Shown here piece by piece: positions 1 through 8,350 of a DNA stretch of 31,947 nucleotides. This stretch comes from a virus (lineage: Duplodnaviria > Caudoviricetes). Positions within the stretch are counted from its first letter, which is position 1; the number at the start of each line of letters is the position of its first letter. The notes beneath the pieces are model-generated. The model saw only the letters and a list, made by a program, of their open reading frames with translations. It did no database searches and was not told where the DNA came from. The DNA lies in IMG/VR virus record IMGVR_UViG_3300044724_007351, positions 1 through 31,947 of that record; one strand, given 5' to 3'. The position numbers and the translations under genes were made by a program.

Positions 1-200
1 GAAATCCTCGGATCCTCAGAGGTTTCTGACCTGTCTACGGCAGGAACAGCTGCAGCGAACGTAACTACGTTGGACGCTGCATTGGCTATCAATTTGGAGA
101 AGAAGGTCATCGAAGCCGGCGGATCCTTGGCAAACTGCCACTATGTAATGTCACCCGGTGCCTACGCACTTGCAAAGACATTGCCATTGGTAAGCAACGT
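1..200. repeat. Terminal overlap copy 1 (circular genome overlap)
   Basis: 1-200 matches 31748-31947 except GG at 72-73 versus AA at 31819-31820; lies mid-capsid gene. Confidence 0.97.
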
Positions 201-477
201 CAGCCCGTTGTTCGAGAATGGCCGTTTCAACGGCTACCAAGCTCACGCCACGAAGCACATTGCAAACGTTGCTGATGCAGACGAAGCAGGTAGCGGTCAG
301 ATTGTTTTCGGTAACTTCAATCAGGGCTTACTGCTCGCGTACTTCGGTGGAATAGACATGTTGGTCGATCCATTCAGCGCAGCAGGTAACGCTCAAATCA
401 CTTTGCACGTCAACCGTTTCTTCGATGTGGCGGTACGTCAGGGTGGCGCACTTGCAATCGTTACAGACATCGATTGA
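1..477 (+). CDS. Major capsid protein, HK97 fold, C-terminal part (continuation of ORF starting at 30326)
   Basis: In frame with the open frame at the window end via the 200-bp overlap; C-terminal capsid-like motifs (FGNF..., DMLVDPFS, RFFDVAVR). Confidence 0.93.
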   Translation, partial: EILGSSEVSDLSTAGTAAANVTTLDAALAINLEKKVIEAGGSLANCHYVMSPGAYALAKTLPLVSNVSPLFENGRFNGYQAHATKHIANVADADEAGSGQIVFGNFNQGLLLAYFGGIDMLVDPFSAAGNAQITLHVNRFFDVAVRQGGALAIVTDID

Positions 478-497
478 TTGTTCAACATATAGGGGTT

Positions 498-531
498 AAA
501 AAAAAGGGCTACCGCGTTCGGTGGCCCTTTT
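498..531. terminator. Bidirectional intrinsic terminator between capsid gene and convergent minus-strand operon
   Basis: Stem AAAAGGGCTACCG-cgtt-CGGTGGCCCTTTT with A8 run upstream (U-tail on minus strand) and T4 downstream. Confidence 0.8.
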
Positions 532-533
532 CC

Positions 534-600
534 GTTACAGGATGTGTGGAACAAACAAACAAACAACACAGGACGGTGTAATCACCGTGGATCCTGTAAC
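534..600 (-). ncRNA. Candidate structured RNA (three-way junction) in 3' UTR of minus-strand operon
   Basis: Perfect 10-bp inverted repeat 534-543/591-600 enclosing hairpin ACGGTG-taat-CACCGT and a short GTGT/ACAC stem with (AAAC)n loop; strand inferred from adjacent terminator. Confidence 0.5.
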
Positions 601-995
601 TATCTTAGAAAGTCCAAACCTTTCTGGGTGAGAACATAGTTCCGATGTTTTTCGCCCGGAGAAGCAGCGTCAAAGATATATCCTTTTTCGGCAAGTGTTT
701 CTTGGTCACGGTACGCCCGTCCAATCCTAGAGGACACTTTTCCCGTGCCGTTGTGAATGGCTTTGAGTTCCAAGTACTCTACTTCGCTCAAGGATTCGTG
801 TATGACGCCTTCAGAGCGCGATAAACCGATTGCGCTGTGTATTGACTCATATATAATGAGGAACACCTTTTGAAGCCCTTTACGGCGTTCTAAATCCATT
901 TGTGCGATTGGGTCAGAAGGATCCAAAGACGATTGCATAGCCTCGGCGACAGAGGCTAATGCATCGTTCAAATGTTCGGCAGAGTCCTTTCTCAT
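600..995 (-). CDS. Hypothetical protein with C-terminal winged-helix-like domain
   Basis: 131 aa; ETLAEKGYI...NYVLTQKGLDFL resembles a wHTH wing; overlaps upstream ORF by ATGA. Confidence 0.7.
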   Translation of the reverse strand: MRKDSAEHLNDALASVAEAMQSSLDPSDPIAQMDLERRKGLQKVFLIIYESIHSAIGLSRSEGVIHESLSEVEYLELKAIHNGTGKVSSRIGRAYRDQETLAEKGYIFDAASPGEKHRNYVLTQKGLDFLR

Positions 996-1249
996 GATTT
1001 CTTGCAGATTTTGATAACAACGGTCAAGGGCTCGACAAACACTCCGGTCGGATAGTCTGCGAAACGCGTTTCTACTTCAAGAATAATTCGTTCCGCCTTT
1101 TGCATTCGCAAGTGGTCGTTGGTCAGCAATGTGATTTCAATCACATCTGAGTCCACGTTAACGTTGTACTCATTTGCAGGAATCGGGTCGACAGAATTCA
1201 GGCAAGCGAACGCCCGAGAAACGTCATTGGGTTGAATGTAATGTGCCAT
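992..1249 (-). CDS. Hypothetical protein
   Basis: 85 aa, coupled to the next gene in a three-gene minus-strand operon. Confidence 0.7.
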   Translation of the reverse strand: MAHYIQPNDVSRAFACLNSVDPIPANEYNVNVDSDVIEITLLTNDHLRMQKAERIILEVETRFADYPTGVFVEPLTVVIKICKKS

Positions 1250-1272
1250 TGCAACAGGTTAGAGGTTAGAGA

Positions 1273-1494
1273 TTAGTGGATTTCGACCCACATTTCAAAA
1301 TCGTCGATAATGCTTTGAGCGTGAAGTTGACAATCTTCAAACTCTTCGAAGTCTCGAGTAAACGTTTGACCGTTGGTGTACAACTGTGTCGTGTAACCTT
1401 GTGTGGTAGAGAACACTTCGAGTAGGTCCCTGCCGTTTGTGAACTCTAGGTCTGAGCCAAGTCCGGCGAATCGTTCTGCTGTTAAGTCTTTCAT
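1273..1494 (-). CDS. Small acidic hypothetical protein
   Basis: 73 aa, about 15 D/E versus 4 K/R; directly downstream of conserved promoter and AAAC-rich leader. Confidence 0.75.
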   Translation of the reverse strand: MKDLTAERFAGLGSDLEFTNGRDLLEVFSTTQGYTTQLYTNGQTFTRDFEEFEDCQLHAQSIIDDFEMWVEIH

Positions 1495-1519
1495 ATCTGT
1501 GTGTTTGATGTTTGTTGAA

Positions 1520-1570
1520 GCAAATTACAGGAGAGGTTGCCTTGTGATGCAACGTTTACACAAAAAAAAA
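1520..1570 (-). promoter_or_regulatory. Conserved early-type promoter, copy 1
   Basis: Minus strand: T9-GTGTAAAC-GTTGC-21nt-TAATTTG, similar to three plus-strand copies and to the Bacteroidota TTG/TAnnTTTG layout. Confidence 0.7.
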
Positions 1571-1604
1571 TCGCCGTAATTTTCGAAACCACACTGTTTC
1601 TGCA

Positions 1605-2162
1605 ATGATGAGAATAAAATTTACAGCCGGTACGCCCGGCGACGATGTGATTTCGGTATCCGATTTGAAAGATTTCTTGAGGGTTTCAGGATCCGATGAC
1701 GACACCTTGATAGGTGCATTGCGCGATGCTGCAATCAGTTACGTTGAAGGCCATTGCAATACACACTTGGGTGAAGTAACCGGTATTGGCTACCTCGATT
1801 CGTTCTACAACGCCCGATTTCCAATTGGCCCCATTGTGGCTGTGAGTTCAATCCAATACAAGGACATCTCAAACGCCACACAAACGCTTGACACGGAACG
1901 GTACTATCTTGATTTGCAGAGCGATGTTGCTCGTGTTGAGTGGGATCAACCGCCAACCCTATACGACCACGGATACAACAAAGTGCTTATCAATCTAACG
2001 GTAGGACACTCTGTTGACACAATACCGGAGCCAATTTTTCAGGCCATTCGGATCCTCGTTTCTCATTTCTATGATAACAGGCACGTCTATGCAGCAGGGC
2101 GGAACATTAACGAAATTCCATTTGCGGTAACGGCGTTGCTCAATCAACAACGGTACATATGA
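1605..2162 (+). CDS. Head-tail connector (gp6-like adaptor)
   Basis: LKDFLRV...DDDTLI N-terminus and IPEPIFQAIRILVSHFYDNR C-terminus; position after capsid. Confidence 0.9.
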   Translation: MMRIKFTAGTPGDDVISVSDLKDFLRVSGSDDDTLIGALRDAAISYVEGHCNTHLGEVTGIGYLDSFYNARFPIGPIVAVSSIQYKDISNATQTLDTERYYLDLQSDVARVEWDQPPTLYDHGYNKVLINLTVGHSVDTIPEPIFQAIRILVSHFYDNRHVYAAGRNINEIPFAVTALLNQQRYI

Positions 2163-2482
2163 GGAACGCAGGTGAATTGGATACCAAGATTGTCATCAAA
2201 GAAATGACACTTGCGAAAGATGATTGGAACACCGATGTGAAAACTCTTTCGGACTTCGCTACGGTTTGGGCGAAGCGAATTGACCTACGCCCTTCGGAAG
2301 AAGTTGAAGCATCTAGCCTCGAAGCCATTACGCGGACTGAATGGTACATTCGTTTCCTTTCGGGCGTTACACGTACAATGGAAATTCACTACGATGGTGC
2401 TGTGTGGGATATTATCGGCATTCAAGAGAAAGGACGAAATGACTATTTGATCCTAACAACCGAAATGAGAGAACGAACGTAA
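2159..2482 (+). CDS. Head closure protein (SPP1 gp16-like)
   Basis: MRNAGEL, ATVWA, IRF...MEI.YDG..WDI motifs; synteny. Confidence 0.88.
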   Translation: MRNAGELDTKIVIKEMTLAKDDWNTDVKTLSDFATVWAKRIDLRPSEEVEASSLEAITRTEWYIRFLSGVTRTMEIHYDGAVWDIIGIQEKGRNDYLILTTEMRERT

Positions 2483-3114
2483 TGGCCTCAGAAGCAACCA
2501 CAATGCGAATCGGGTCCGTGAAATTGGATCCGCGTCACGCGAAAATCATTTCGAACGCCCTGAAACGATTGCCGGGTGCATTGCGAGGAAAGCCGATGAT
2601 AAAGGCACAGAAGGATGCAATGCAAATTGCGTTGGCGGTCAGTAAAAAGGAATCGCTCGTCATTTCAAAATCAGGTAGTTACGGCGAAAGTATGCACGTC
2701 GTTCAAGGCAAGTACGCACGTAAAACAAGGCCATACGTAATCCTGAAAAGCAGGAGCAAAACTCAAGACCTGCCGGCGAAGAACTTCGGAATGGATCGAA
2801 CGCTCGATAGGGGTAAACGCAATTGGGCAAACGTTGCTCACTTTGGTATCCTCGGTGTGGATCCTCAAAACAAAACGGCAGGCCAAAGCAAAGGACGACC
2901 TTCAAAAGGAAAGGCTTTTGCGTTCTTCGATCCGGACAAGAACGGTGGACTTGGCGGAATCGTTGTAGTCAAGAAAATTAAGCACACCGGAAACTTGGGG
3001 TATCCTGTGTACGACAAAGCATTGAAAACATCTGGCCGTGCTGTCGAGAACACCTTTCGGCAGAACGTTTCGGGTATCCTGAACGAGTTCTTAAAGAAAC
3101 AAGGAGCAAAATGA
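2482..3114 (+). CDS. Neck/tail completion protein (HK97 gp10-like position)
   Basis: Basic 210 aa protein between head closure and tail terminator. Confidence 0.65.
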   Translation: MASEATTMRIGSVKLDPRHAKIISNALKRLPGALRGKPMIKAQKDAMQIALAVSKKESLVISKSGSYGESMHVVQGKYARKTRPYVILKSRSKTQDLPAKNFGMDRTLDRGKRNWANVAHFGILGVDPQNKTAGQSKGRPSKGKAFAFFDPDKNGGLGGIVVVKKIKHTGNLGYPVYDKALKTSGRAVENTFRQNVSGILNEFLKKQGAK

Positions 3115-3485
3115 TACACTACGTCATCAACAAATTGAAGGCAACCACAGCAGTCACGGACCTTGTTCCTAGTGCCAAAATTTATCCTTTGCTTCGCACT
3201 CAAGGCACCGAAATACCTTGCATCGTGATTCAGTTGAATTCAATGGAACCGAATCACCAAAAGGACAAGTCTAGTACAATTGACCGATACATCGTTCACG
3301 TAACGTCCTTTGCAAGTTCACCGAAAGTGGCTTGGGATATAGCACAAGCAGTCCGAAACACTTTGGACGGTTGGTCAGAAGACACCAACGTCAAAGAAAG
3401 TAGGATCGTGAATCAAGCGTCAGACGTATTCGAGTCCACAGACGTTTTTCACTTTGCTCAAGAGTATGAAATCCTTGTCCAATGA
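3111..3485 (+). CDS. Tail terminator protein (DUF3168-like)
   Basis: KIYPL...PCIV...IAQAVRNTLDGW pattern; synteny. Confidence 0.8.
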   Translation: MIHYVINKLKATTAVTDLVPSAKIYPLLRTQGTEIPCIVIQLNSMEPNHQKDKSSTIDRYIVHVTSFASSPKVAWDIAQAVRNTLDGWSEDTNVKESRIVNQASDVFESTDVFHFAQEYEILVQ

Positions 3486-4201
3486 AGTTAGCGGTACATC
3501 TGCCCGTGTTCGGACGTTTTGCAACCGTAAAGAAAGCGTGCGACAGCTTGGATAGGATCCTCGAAGCATTTGACGCTGAAGGCATTCCTTCGGACGTTTA
3601 TATGATTGGCCACGAGCCGAAAATGAAGCGACTAGCCAACTCGCGAGGGTACAATTTCGTTTACGCTGAAAACAAGCCACTAGGAAAGAAATTCAACATC
3701 GGCGTGCAGCGAATGCTTGAAGACACCTCGTGGACACATATGATGGAGTTTTGTTCTGACAACCTGCTCGAAGAGTCCTATCCGAAACTGATGATTGAAC
3801 GAATGCGAAATGGCGAAGAGTTTATTGGCCTATTGCATTTCTATATCGTACATCACCGGACAAAACGAGCGTTGTTGTTTTCGAGAAACGCTCCAACCAA
3901 CGTAGGCAGGGTGACAGACAGAAGGATCCTAGAAACGATGAAACGCCGGACGAATTATTGGTTCGAGCCTCGCAAAAATGCAGCACTTGATTCGTGCATG
4001 GCCAAACGGGCGTTAATGATAGGAAAAGCAAAACCAACCTACATTGAAACTGAAACGCCTCTTATCGTAGACATCAAGGACGCAGGTTCAATGCACGCTT
4101 GGGAAACGTTCAAGAGAAATCCGGAAAAGTATCCTGTCGTAGATTTGAAAGGAAATTTTCCAGAACTGAATTTAAAATTAGAAAGAGATGGCAGTACCTA
4201 A
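3482..4201 (+). CDS. Putative GT-A fold (family 2-like) glycosyltransferase
   Basis: N-terminal LAVHLPVFGR strand, N.PLG.KFN.G, and CSDN at the DxD position. Confidence 0.65.
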   Translation: MKLAVHLPVFGRFATVKKACDSLDRILEAFDAEGIPSDVYMIGHEPKMKRLANSRGYNFVYAENKPLGKKFNIGVQRMLEDTSWTHMMEFCSDNLLEESYPKLMIERMRNGEEFIGLLHFYIVHHRTKRALLFSRNAPTNVGRVTDRRILETMKRRTNYWFEPRKNAALDSCMAKRALMIGKAKPTYIETETPLIVDIKDAGSMHAWETFKRNPEKYPVVDLKGNFPELNLKLERDGST

Positions 4202-4721
4202 CGGCAAAATTCGATCCAACTCAATTGGCGTTTGGATTTCGAATACAACCTTACCTGACACAGCAGCAACTGCACCAAGTGGAAACACCTTTGGTGATGA
4301 CGCGTTCGAGAATGACACGTGGGAATTGGTTGCGTGTGCAACAAGCGGAACGTTCAGCGGATCAATGGAAGTGTTGGACGCTACGACAAAAGATAACGAT
4401 GGTCAACGTGAAATTCTCACGGGCGGACTTACTTGGTCAATGAGTGTCGATGGCATGATCCAATACGATTTGACTTCTGACGTACGATCCTCAATTGACT
4501 TGTTTGATTTGTGGCAGAACAAGACGCAGGTTCGTATCGCTTGGTCAACAGGTGTTGATGACACAACGATGTACTACGGTGCAGCGTACGTCACCACATT
4601 TGAAGAATCAGCAGGTTTGAACGAGATTGCTTCGTTTAGTGTTACCTTTGAAGGCGACGGATCCATCACGAAAGCGTATGTGGATTCAGCAAACACTACT
4701 TGGAACAATAACGACGAATAA
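4188..4721 (+). CDS. Major tail tube protein (TP901-1-like)
   Basis: DATTKD..G.RE...G.LTWS.S.DG and ASFSVTFEGDG motifs. Confidence 0.9.
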   Translation: MAVPNGKIRSNSIGVWISNTTLPDTAATAPSGNTFGDDAFENDTWELVACATSGTFSGSMEVLDATTKDNDGQREILTGGLTWSMSVDGMIQYDLTSDVRSSIDLFDLWQNKTQVRIAWSTGVDDTTMYYGAAYVTTFEESAGLNEIASFSVTFEGDGSITKAYVDSANTTWNNNDE

Positions 4722-5071
4722 TGCGATTTGGAGGTGAATTCAAAATAGACATCGAAGGAAAGAGCGTCAAAATCCTTTTGAACATTACAACGCTTGCCAA
4801 CGCTGAAGAGTCCTCAGGACTGCCGATGAGCAAGATTCTCGAAGGCATTCAAAAGGAACCTTTGAAAGCCGTTCCTCTATTGTGTTGGCACGGTTACGAA
4901 GTGGCGTGTTGGAACGATGATGTTGAACCTGAATTTTCCGAAAAGCAATTTCGAGCGAAACTCGGTTCGGTCAATTGGCAATCGGTGATGGAGAGTATCG
5001 GCGAAACGCTAGATGCTGACGAGGACTCAAAAAAAAAGAAAGCCACACCGAAGAAGAAGAAAGCGAACTGA
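4721..5071 (+). CDS. Tail assembly chaperone (G-like)
   Basis: Between tail tube and tape measure; slippery A-run near 3' end. Confidence 0.8.
   Translation: MRFGGEFKIDIEGKSVKILLNITTLANAEESSGLPMSKILEGIQKEPLKAVPLLCWHGYEVACWNDDVEPEFSEKQFRAKLGSVNWQSVMESIGETLDADEDSKKKKATPKKKKAN
5029..5038 (+). other. Programmed -1 frameshift site (A AAA AAG)
   Basis: A9G run; the -1 frame is open from here into the 5089-5382 ORF. Confidence 0.8.
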
Positions 5072-5088
5072 CGGTTCGGATCCTATAC

Positions 5089-5382
5089 TTGAGAGCACTT
5101 CGTAGCGGTATTCAGCCAAAGGAATTTTGGTCTATGAGTATCCTCGAAGTGCTTTCGTGTATGCGGTATTTACAAACTCAGGACGAACTCGCTTGGAATC
5201 GCACGGCGCATTTGCTCGCTTTGATTCATAACGTCAATTCAAAAAGCGAACACCGCGTTGAAGTGGGTGACTATCACCCGTACAAGCAAATGAGGAAAAA
5301 GGACGTAAAGCCGGCGGAAATAACGCCGACCAAACGAGCCTTATTTTCGGCAATGCAAAAGCAATTCAATCATGGCAAGTAG
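5089..5382 (+). CDS. Tail assembly chaperone frameshift extension (T-like)
   Basis: GIQPKEFWSMS motif; in -1 frame relative to 4721-5071; only a TTG start. Confidence 0.78.
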   Translation: MRALRSGIQPKEFWSMSILEVLSCMRYLQTQDELAWNRTAHLLALIHNVNSKSEHRVEVGDYHPYKQMRKKDVKPAEITPTKRALFSAMQKQFNHGK

Positions 5383-8350
5383 AACAGCAGCCCTCAACAT
5401 ATTATTTGGCGCGGACACGTCACAAATGGACAAAGCACTTTTGACAAGTGCAAAGAAACTCCAACGCCTAGGTCAAGGAATGCAACAGATCGGCAGGTCG
5501 ATGACAATTGGCCTCACCGCTCCAATCGTTGCTTTGGGTGCTACGAGCGTGAAAACGTTTGCCGAGTTCGAATCCGCAATGAATAAGGTACGCGCCGTTG
5601 CAGGTGCAACTCCGGAAGAATTCAAACGCTTGACGGAGCAAGCAAAGGAGTTGGGGCGTACTACTGTATTCAAGGCTTCAGAGGTTGCAGCACTTCAAAC
5701 CGAATACGCTAAACTAGGTTTCACGGCCAGAGAAATTGAAAAGGTGACCGAGGCTACGTTGTACTTGGCTCAGGCTACCGATTCCGATCTGGCACAAGCA
5801 GCAGAAGTAGCAGGAGCGACGTTGCGAGGCTTTGGCTTAGAAGCGCAACAAACTGCACACCTGACTGACGTGATGGCCAAAGCGTTCAGTTCAACGCCTC
5901 TTGATATTGGCAACTTTCAGGATGCAATGAAATATGTTGCACCGGTAGCGCGTGAAGCAGGCGTTTCGGTGGAACAAACAACAGCCCTTCTCGGTCAACT
6001 TGCTGCATCAGGTATCAAAGGAAGCCAAGCAGGTACATCGCTTCGTGTGATCCTTCAAGAGTTAGGAAAGGACGGCGGTGATGTCGCTACAAAATTGAAA
6101 GCCTTATCAGAAAGAGGACTGACGCTAGGATCCTCAATGGATGAGGTTGGACGAAGAGCCTCTACGGCGTTGTTGGTACTTGGTCGTGGTACTGAAGACC
6201 TCGATGGTATGACGGAAGCGTTAGAAAACGCTGACGGTGCTGCAAAGGGAATGGCCGACATAATGAATGAAGGTGCGACGGGTGCTTTCAAACGATTAGG
6301 ATCCGCAGTCGAAGGTGCACAGATAGCTTTTGGCGAAGCCCTTGCACCAACGATTATTGCAGTAGCCGATTTCGTTGCCAACCTTGCAACGCAGTTTGCC
6401 GAACTCGGACCCGAAATGCAAACGACCATTGCTACGATTGCAGCTATTGTAGCAGGTATCGGACCCGCTTTGATTGCTATCGGCGCGATGATTGCAGCGT
6501 ACGGACAATTGAAGATTGCATTGGCTTCGGCAACCGCGATGCAGATTAAACAGAACCTCGCAGTCCTTGCCAATCCTTACGTAGCAGCAGGTGCGGCAAT
6601 TGCAGCAGCCGCATACGCTTTGTACAGGTATGTGAACGCGAAAGAAAAGGAAATAAGCACCGAGGAAAGGCTTGACGGCATTCGTCAAAACGCGGTGTCG
6701 GGAATGGAAGAGGAACGGAGTTCTGTGCAACTATTGCTTGCGAAATACAAGCTATACGAAAACAACCTTGAAGAGCGTCAAAAGATCCTAGACGAACTCC
6801 ATAAGATTGCACCGGACACAATCGGTGATTTGGATGCAGAGAAAACTGGTTACGATGACCTAAAGAAATCAGTCCAAGAGTATTTGAAGGTGGCTCAAGC
6901 GAAAGCAATCTTCAAAGCATACGAAGATGAATTCGCCAAGGTGACTGTTGCACTGTCGGAACAAAAAGACGCTTTGGCAGAGGCGCAAGCCGGTTTGCAA
7001 CGTTATGGTACTTCTCTTGCTGCAGGTATGTCGGCAGAGGAACAAATAGCCACGTTCGGTGCGGTCGTTCGTTTTGATCCGTTCGACCCGGCAAGCGTAG
7101 AAGCGTTTGCGGATCAAGCAAACACAGATATAGCCGATGCTTTAGCACCCGATGAATTTGACGTTCCTGAATTGGACTACGGTCCTGCGATTGAAGGATT
7201 TGTCGCCCAATCACTAGAATCTGCTCAATCGGCTTCAGGAGAAATCACCAAGCTAGAGAGCGAATTGGACGCAATTACCAATCGCATGAATCGTGCTATT
7301 GATGAGTTTGGTGACGTCCTACTTGACACTGGCGGTGGTGGTGGTGGTGGTGGCAACGACAAAGTAAAGCAGTCCACCAAGGAACTCGTTGATATTCTGA
7401 AAGACGGCTCAGAAGAAATCACGGATATACTTTTGGACTTGTCGGAACAAGAAGGCCAGATTGCAGGTGTTTTCGAATTGGATGGTGACGAAGACAAACG
7501 CATCAGGGCAATGGCTGACGCGTACAGAGAAGCAGCCGAAGCAGCAGCAGGGATAGGTGAATTGGAAGTTGCCAAAGAACTTGACGCTCAAGCACAAGCG
7601 TTCGACAAGTTGGTTCAGAAGGCAGACCTTTCCAAAAGGTCCTTTGACAATTTACAAGCCATTGCTCGCGACACCGGCATTGCATTTGTAACCTTGGCAC
7701 AAGGTGGCGTGACCGACCTCATGAATGCACTTGAGAATTTTGGTACCGACACCCGTACTAAACTAAAGCTGACCGCAGATGCAATCAAAGCCTTCTCTAT
7801 TCAGGTACGCGATGCTTTCATTCAGTTGGCGGTAGATTTGGCCTCTTCGTTTGGATCCGTTATTGAACGCGTACAACAGGGCTACGAAGTTGCTACTGCA
7901 TTGAAAGAAGTAGCAGGACAAGTACTCTCAGGACTTTTCGAAACGTTAGGACAAATTGCAATACAGGTTGGAAAGACCACTCTTGCAACGGGTGCTGCAG
8001 TTGAAGCAATTAAGAAAGCATTGAAATCATTGAACGGCGTTGTGGCTATTGTAGCCGGTGCTGCATTGATTGCATTGGGTAGTGTCGTACGGGCAAAGAT
8101 GTCAAACATCAGTAGTGGCATTCCTGCCCTCGCACAGGGCGGTATCACGACCGGACCCACACTCAGCCTCATCGGCGACAACCCAAGCGGAAGAGAGGCC
8201 GTTATTCCGTTTGAACGAATGGGTGAATTCATTCGAATGGCCGGTGCTAATTTGGGCGGTGGATCACAACAGTTAACGGCAACGATAAAAGGACAAGATT
8301 TGCTACTGAGCAATCAACGAGCACAATACAATTACAACAGGTTACGATAA
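5372..8350 (+). CDS. Tail tape measure protein
   Basis: 992 aa Ala-rich helical protein with TP901-type core (FESAMNKV.A, GIKGSQAGT.LR) and C-terminal LA.GG...GPT...G.EAVIP. Confidence 0.96.
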   Translation: MASRTAALNILFGADTSQMDKALLTSAKKLQRLGQGMQQIGRSMTIGLTAPIVALGATSVKTFAEFESAMNKVRAVAGATPEEFKRLTEQAKELGRTTVFKASEVAALQTEYAKLGFTAREIEKVTEATLYLAQATDSDLAQAAEVAGATLRGFGLEAQQTAHLTDVMAKAFSSTPLDIGNFQDAMKYVAPVAREAGVSVEQTTALLGQLAASGIKGSQAGTSLRVILQELGKDGGDVATKLKALSERGLTLGSSMDEVGRRASTALLVLGRGTEDLDGMTEALENADGAAKGMADIMNEGATGAFKRLGSAVEGAQIAFGEALAPTIIAVADFVANLATQFAELGPEMQTTIATIAAIVAGIGPALIAIGAMIAAYGQLKIALASATAMQIKQNLAVLANPYVAAGAAIAAAAYALYRYVNAKEKEISTEERLDGIRQNAVSGMEEERSSVQLLLAKYKLYENNLEERQKILDELHKIAPDTIGDLDAEKTGYDDLKKSVQEYLKVAQAKAIFKAYEDEFAKVTVALSEQKDALAEAQAGLQRYGTSLAAGMSAEEQIATFGAVVRFDPFDPASVEAFADQANTDIADALAPDEFDVPELDYGPAIEGFVAQSLESAQSASGEITKLESELDAITNRMNRAIDEFGDVLLDTGGGGGGGGNDKVKQSTKELVDILKDGSEEITDILLDLSEQEGQIAGVFELDGDEDKRIRAMADAYREAAEAAAGIGELEVAKELDAQAQAFDKLVQKADLSKRSFDNLQAIARDTGIAFVTLAQGGVTDLMNALENFGTDTRTKLKLTADAIKAFSIQVRDAFIQLAVDLASSFGSVIERVQQGYEVATALKEVAGQVLSGLFETLGQIAIQVGKTTLATGAAVEAIKKALKSLNGVVAIVAGAALIALGSVVRAKMSNISSGIPALAQGGITTGPTLSLIGDNPSGREAVIPFERMGEFIRMAGANLGGGSQQLTATIKGQDLLLSNQRAQYNYNRLR

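Noticed and set aside
550-570. (AAAC)n runs or the promoter repeats as a CRISPR array
   Set aside because: No regularly spaced 25-45 bp repeats with unique spacers; no cas genes
534-600. Hammerhead ribozyme or tRNA interpretation of the three-way junction
   Set aside because: No CUGANGA/GAAA core on either strand and no tRNA cloverleaf or T-loop
7332-7355. (GGT)n microsatellite in tape measure
   Set aside because: Encodes an in-frame poly-Gly linker; triplet unit gives no phase variation
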